Below are positions 17,301-21,756 of a stretch of DNA of 21,756 nt, piece after piece (the first letter of the stretch is position 1; every line of letters begins with the position of its first letter). The position numbers and the translations under genes were made by a program. The DNA is from Neoechinorhynchus agilis. Taxonomy: Eukaryota; Animalia; Acanthocephala. Below the pieces are notes generated by a model, which worked only from the letters and a program-made list of their open reading frames with translations, was not told the DNA's origin and did not search any database. The stretch is from the NCBI GenBank assembly GCA_051530055.1, contig JBMGUZ010000047.1:1-21756 (forward strand), given 5' to 3'.

Positions 17301-20300
17301 TCCAGAAAAGTTAATTTGATCTTAAATTGATTGATGTTTTAATATCAATAATCAAGGTAGTTGGTCTCAAAATGTAACAACAAATAACTCGAGAACCATA
17401 ATAGCTATCGCAAATCCGAACACAGATTTGGAATCAGCGCGTTAAGATGTACTTAATTAGCTGATTCCGTACACTACAGCCGTAATATTCGCGTCGGAAA
17501 TCGCATTATCATATTTTGCCAATATTCACAAGAAGGAAAAATAACTAAATTTGCAAGAATCATTAAAATCGGATAAACCCATTGAAATCAGCGCATCAAA
17601 TATGCTCAAAATGTTTTTGTATTTCGTAACAACTTTCGAGCACAACAGATTTAACTGAGGTGTCTTTTATGAACTTCAATCCTATAACTAAGTGTAAAAA
17701 TTTAACAAGCAACATCAAACCGTCATAGCAGGTGAATTCAGCGTCAAAAGTAGATCTAGAAAAGTTAATTTGATCTTAAATTGATTACTGTTTTAATATC
17801 AATAATCAAGGTAGTTGGTCTCAAAATGTAACAACAAATAACTCAAGAACCATGATAGCTATCGCAAATACGAAAACAGATTATGAATCAGCGCGTTAAG
17901 GTTTACTAAATTAGCTGATTCCGTACGCTACAGCTGTAATATTCGCGTCGGAAATCGCATTATCATATTTTGCCAATATTCACAAGAAGGAAAAATAACT
18001 AAATTTGCAAGAATCATTAAAATCGGATAAACCCATTGAAATCAACGTATTAGATATGCTCAAAATGTTTTTGTATTTCGTAAAAACTTTCGAGCACAAA
18101 TGATTTAACTGAGGTGTTTTTTATGAACTTCAATCCTAAAACTAAGTGTAAAAATTAAACGAGCAACATCAAACCGTTATGGCATTTGTATTCAGCGTCA
18201 AAAGTAGATCTAGAAAAATTAATTTGATCTTAAATTGATTGATGTTTTAATATCAATAATCAAGGTAGTTGGTCTCAAAATGTAACAACAAATAACTCAA
18301 GAACCATGATAGCTATCGCAAATCCGAAAACAGATTTGGAATCAGCGCGTTAAGATGTACTAAATTGCCTTATTCCGTACACTACAGCCGTAATATTCGC
18401 ATCGGAAATCGCATTATCATATTTAGCAAATATTCACAAGAAGGAAAAATAACTAAATTTGCAAGAATCATTAAAATCGGATAAACCCATTGAAATAAAC
18501 GCATTAGATATGCTCAAAATGTTTTTGTATTTCGTAACAACTTTCGAGCACAACAGATTTAACTGAGGTGTCTTTTATGGACTTCAATCCTAAAACTAAG
18601 TGTCAAAATTTAACAAGCAACATCAAACCGTTATTGCAGGTAAAATCAGCGTCAAAAGTAGATCTAGAAAAGTTAATTTGATCTTAAATTGATTGATGTT
18701 TTAATATCAAAAATCAAGGTAGTTGGTCTCAAAATGTAACAACAAATAACTCGAGAACCATGATAGCTATCGCAAATCCGAAAACAGATTTGGAATCAGC
18801 GCGTTAAGGTGTGCTTAATTAGCTGATTCCGTACGCTACAGCTGTAATATTCGAATCGGAATTCGCATTATCATATTTTGCCAATATACACAAGAAGAAA
18901 AAATCAATAAATTTGCAAGAATCATTAAAATCAGATAACACCATTGAAATTAGCGCATTAGATATGCTCAAAATGTTTTAGTATTTCATAACAACTTTCG
19001 AGAAAAACAGATTTAACTGAGGTGTCTTTTATGAACTTCAATCCTAAAACTAAGTCTAAAAATTTAACAAGCAACATCAAACCGTTATGGCATGTGAATT
19101 CAGCGTTAAAAGTAGATCTAGAAAAGTTAATTTGATCTTAAATTGATTGATGTTTTAATATCAATAATCAAGGTAGTTGGTCTCAAAATGTAACAACAAA
19201 TAACTAAAGAACCATGATAGCTATCGCAAATCCGAAAACAGATTTGGAATCAGCGCGTTAAGATGTACTAAATTAGCAAATTTCGTACGCTACAGCTGTA
19301 ATATTCGCATCGGAATTCGCATTATCATATTTTGCCAATATTCACAAGAGGTAAAAATCACTAATTTTGCAAGAATCATTAAAATCAGATAACACCATTA
19401 AAATCAGCGCATTAGATATGCTCAAAATGTTTTTGTATTTCGTAACAACTTTCGAGCACAACAGATATTACTGAGGTGTCTTTTATGAACTTCAATCATA
19501 AAACTAAGTGTAAAAATTTAACAAGCGACATCAAACCGTTATGGCAGGTTAATTCAGCTTAAAACGTATATCTAGAAAAGTTAATTTGATCTTAAATTGA
19601 TTGATGTTTTAATATCAATAATCAAGGTAGTTTGTCTCAAAATGTAACAACAAATAACTCAGGAACGATGATAGCTATCGCAAATCCAAAAACAGATTTG
19701 GAATCAACGCGTCAAGATGTACTAAACTTACTGATTTCGTACGCTACACTGATTCCGTACGCTACAGCTGTAATATTCGCATCGGAATTCGCATTATCAT
19801 ATTTTGCCAATATTCACAAGAGGTAAAAATCACTAATTTTGCAGGAATCATTAAAAAATCAGATAACACCATTAAAATCAGCGCATTAGATATGCTCAAA
19901 ATGTTTTTGTATTTCGTAACAACTTTCGAGCACAACAGATATAACTTAGGTGTCTTTTATGAACTTCTATCGTAAAACTAAGTGTCAAAATTTAACAAGC
20001 GACATCGAATTGTTATGGCAGGTGAATTCAGCGTCAAAAGTAGATCTAGAAAAGTTGATTTGATCTTAAATTGATTGATTTTTTTAATATCAATAATCAA
20101 GGTTGTTGGTCTAAAAATGTAACAACAAATAACTCAAGAACCATGATAGCTATCGCAAATCCGAAAACAGATTTGGAATCAGCGCGTTAAGGTGTACTAA
20201 ATTAGCTTATTCCGTACGTTACAGCTCTAATATTCGAATCGGAATTCGCATTATCATATTTTGCCAATATACACAAGAAGAAAAAATCAATAAATTTGCA

Positions 20301-21756
20301 AGAATCATTAAAATCAGATAACACCATTGAAATTAGCGCATTAGATATGCTCAAAATGTTTTAGTATTTCGTAACAACTTTCGAGCACAACAGATTTAAC
20401 TGAGGTATCTTTTATGAACTTCAATCCTAAAACTAAGTCTAAAAATTTAACAAGCAACATCAAACCGTCATAGCAGGTGAATTCAGCGTCAAAAGTAGAT
20501 CTAGAAAAGTTTATTTGATCTTAAATTGATTGATGTTTTAATATCAATAATCAAGGTAGTTGGTCTCAAAATGTTACAACAAATAACTAAAGAACCATGA
20601 TAGCTATCGCAAATCCGAAAACAGATTTGGAATACGCGCGTTAAGATGTACTAAATTAGCTGATTCCGTACGCTACAGCTGTAATATTCGAATCGGAATT
20701 CGCATTATCATATTTTGCCAATATACACAAGAAGAAAAAATCAATAAATTTGCAAGAATCATTAAAATCAGATAACACCATTGAAATTAGTGCATTAGAT
20801 ATGCTCAAAATGTTTTAGTATTTCGTAACAACTTTCGAGCACAACAGATTAAACTGAGGTATCTTTTATGAACTTCAATCCTAAAACTAAGTCTAAAAAT
20901 TTAACAAGCAACATCAAACCGTTATGGCAGGTGAATTCAGCGTTAAAAGTAGATCTAGAAAAGTTTATTTGATATTAAATTGATTGATGTTTTAATATCA
21001 ATAGTCAAGGTAGTTGGTCTCAAAATGTAACAACAAATAACTCAAGAACCATGATAGCTATTGCAAATCCGAAAACAGATTTGGAATCAGCGCGTTAAGA
21101 TGTACTAAATTAGCTGATTCCGTACGCTACAGCTGTAATATTCGAATCGGAATTCGCATTATCATATTTTGGCCAATATACACAAGAAGAAAAAATCAAT
21201 AAATTTGCAAGAATCATTAAAATCAGATAACACCATTGAAATTAGCGCAATAGATATGCTCAAAATGTTTTAGTATTTCGTAACAACTTTCGAGCACAAC
21301 AGATTTAACTGAGGTATCTTTTATGAACTTCAATCCTAAAACTAAGTCTAAAAATTTAACAAGCAACATCAAACCGTTATGGCAGGTGAATTCAGCGTTA
21401 AAAGTAGATCTAGAAAAGTTAATTTGATCTTAAATTGATTGATGTTTTAATATCAATAATCAAGGTAGTTGGTCTAAAAATGTAACAACAAATAACCTAA
21501 GAAAAATGATTGCTATCGCAAATCCGAAAACAGATTTGGAATCAGCGCGTTAAGATGTACTAAATCAGTTGATTTCGTACGCTGCAGCTGTAATATTCGA
21601 ATCGGAATTCGCATTATCATATTTTGCCAATATACACAAGAAGAAAAAATCAATAAATTTGCAAGAATCATTAAAATCAGATATGCCTACATTAATTAGC
21701 GCATTAGATATGCTCAAATGTTTTAGTATTTCGTAACAACTTTCGAGCACAACAGA
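14312..21756. repeat. Tandem satellite, ~454-bp monomer, 16 full units plus a partial, running off the right edge
   Basis: GGAA(A/T)TCGCA recurs at 14331, 14785, 15233, 15688, 16129, 16584, 17038, 17496, 17950, 18404, 18858, 19312, 19784, 20241, 20695, 21149 and 21604. Confidence 0.98.

Noticed and set aside
14630-21530. 454-bp unit as a spliced-leader RNA gene (hairpin, then AAG|GT kept in all 16 units, AGATTTGG ~67 nt downstream)
   Set aside because: The motifs are short, expected in AT-rich DNA and trivially conserved in a homogenised array, and the Sm-like site lies within a stem. It would be revived only if mRNA 5' leaders matched ...ATCAATAATCAAG.
14312-21756. Binding of the neighbouring pogo/CENP-B-like HTH to the satellite
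   Set aside because: The element's GTCCCAATTAAGCGG motif was not seen in the monomer, so proximity is the only link.

Overview
Eukaryotic, AT-rich DNA from a very compact, animal-like genome with tiny introns, mostly 42-52 nt. The organism cannot be identified from this window. Four housekeeping genes lie on the + strand: NEDD8, TIM17, CDK7 (7 exons) and mitochondrial FAD glycerol-3-phosphate dehydrogenase GPD2 (7 exons). They sit between two tandem arrays: a ~225-bp hairpin-containing satellite (1-1690) and a ~454-bp satellite (14312 to the end, 16 full units plus a partial). Between the genes are dead mobile elements: a Penelope-like retroelement with a candidate TSD, an inverted 5' end and two degenerate hammerhead ribozyme motifs; a second Penelope-like RT relic; an internally deleted pogo/Tigger transposon; and a TA-flanked hairpin MITE. 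The most unusual signal is a 613-nt intervening sequence in a conserved GPD2 motif. It has a GT donor, no usable AG acceptor, and ends that are complementary to each other. All exon structures, alignments and folds were derived by eye; no database search was run.
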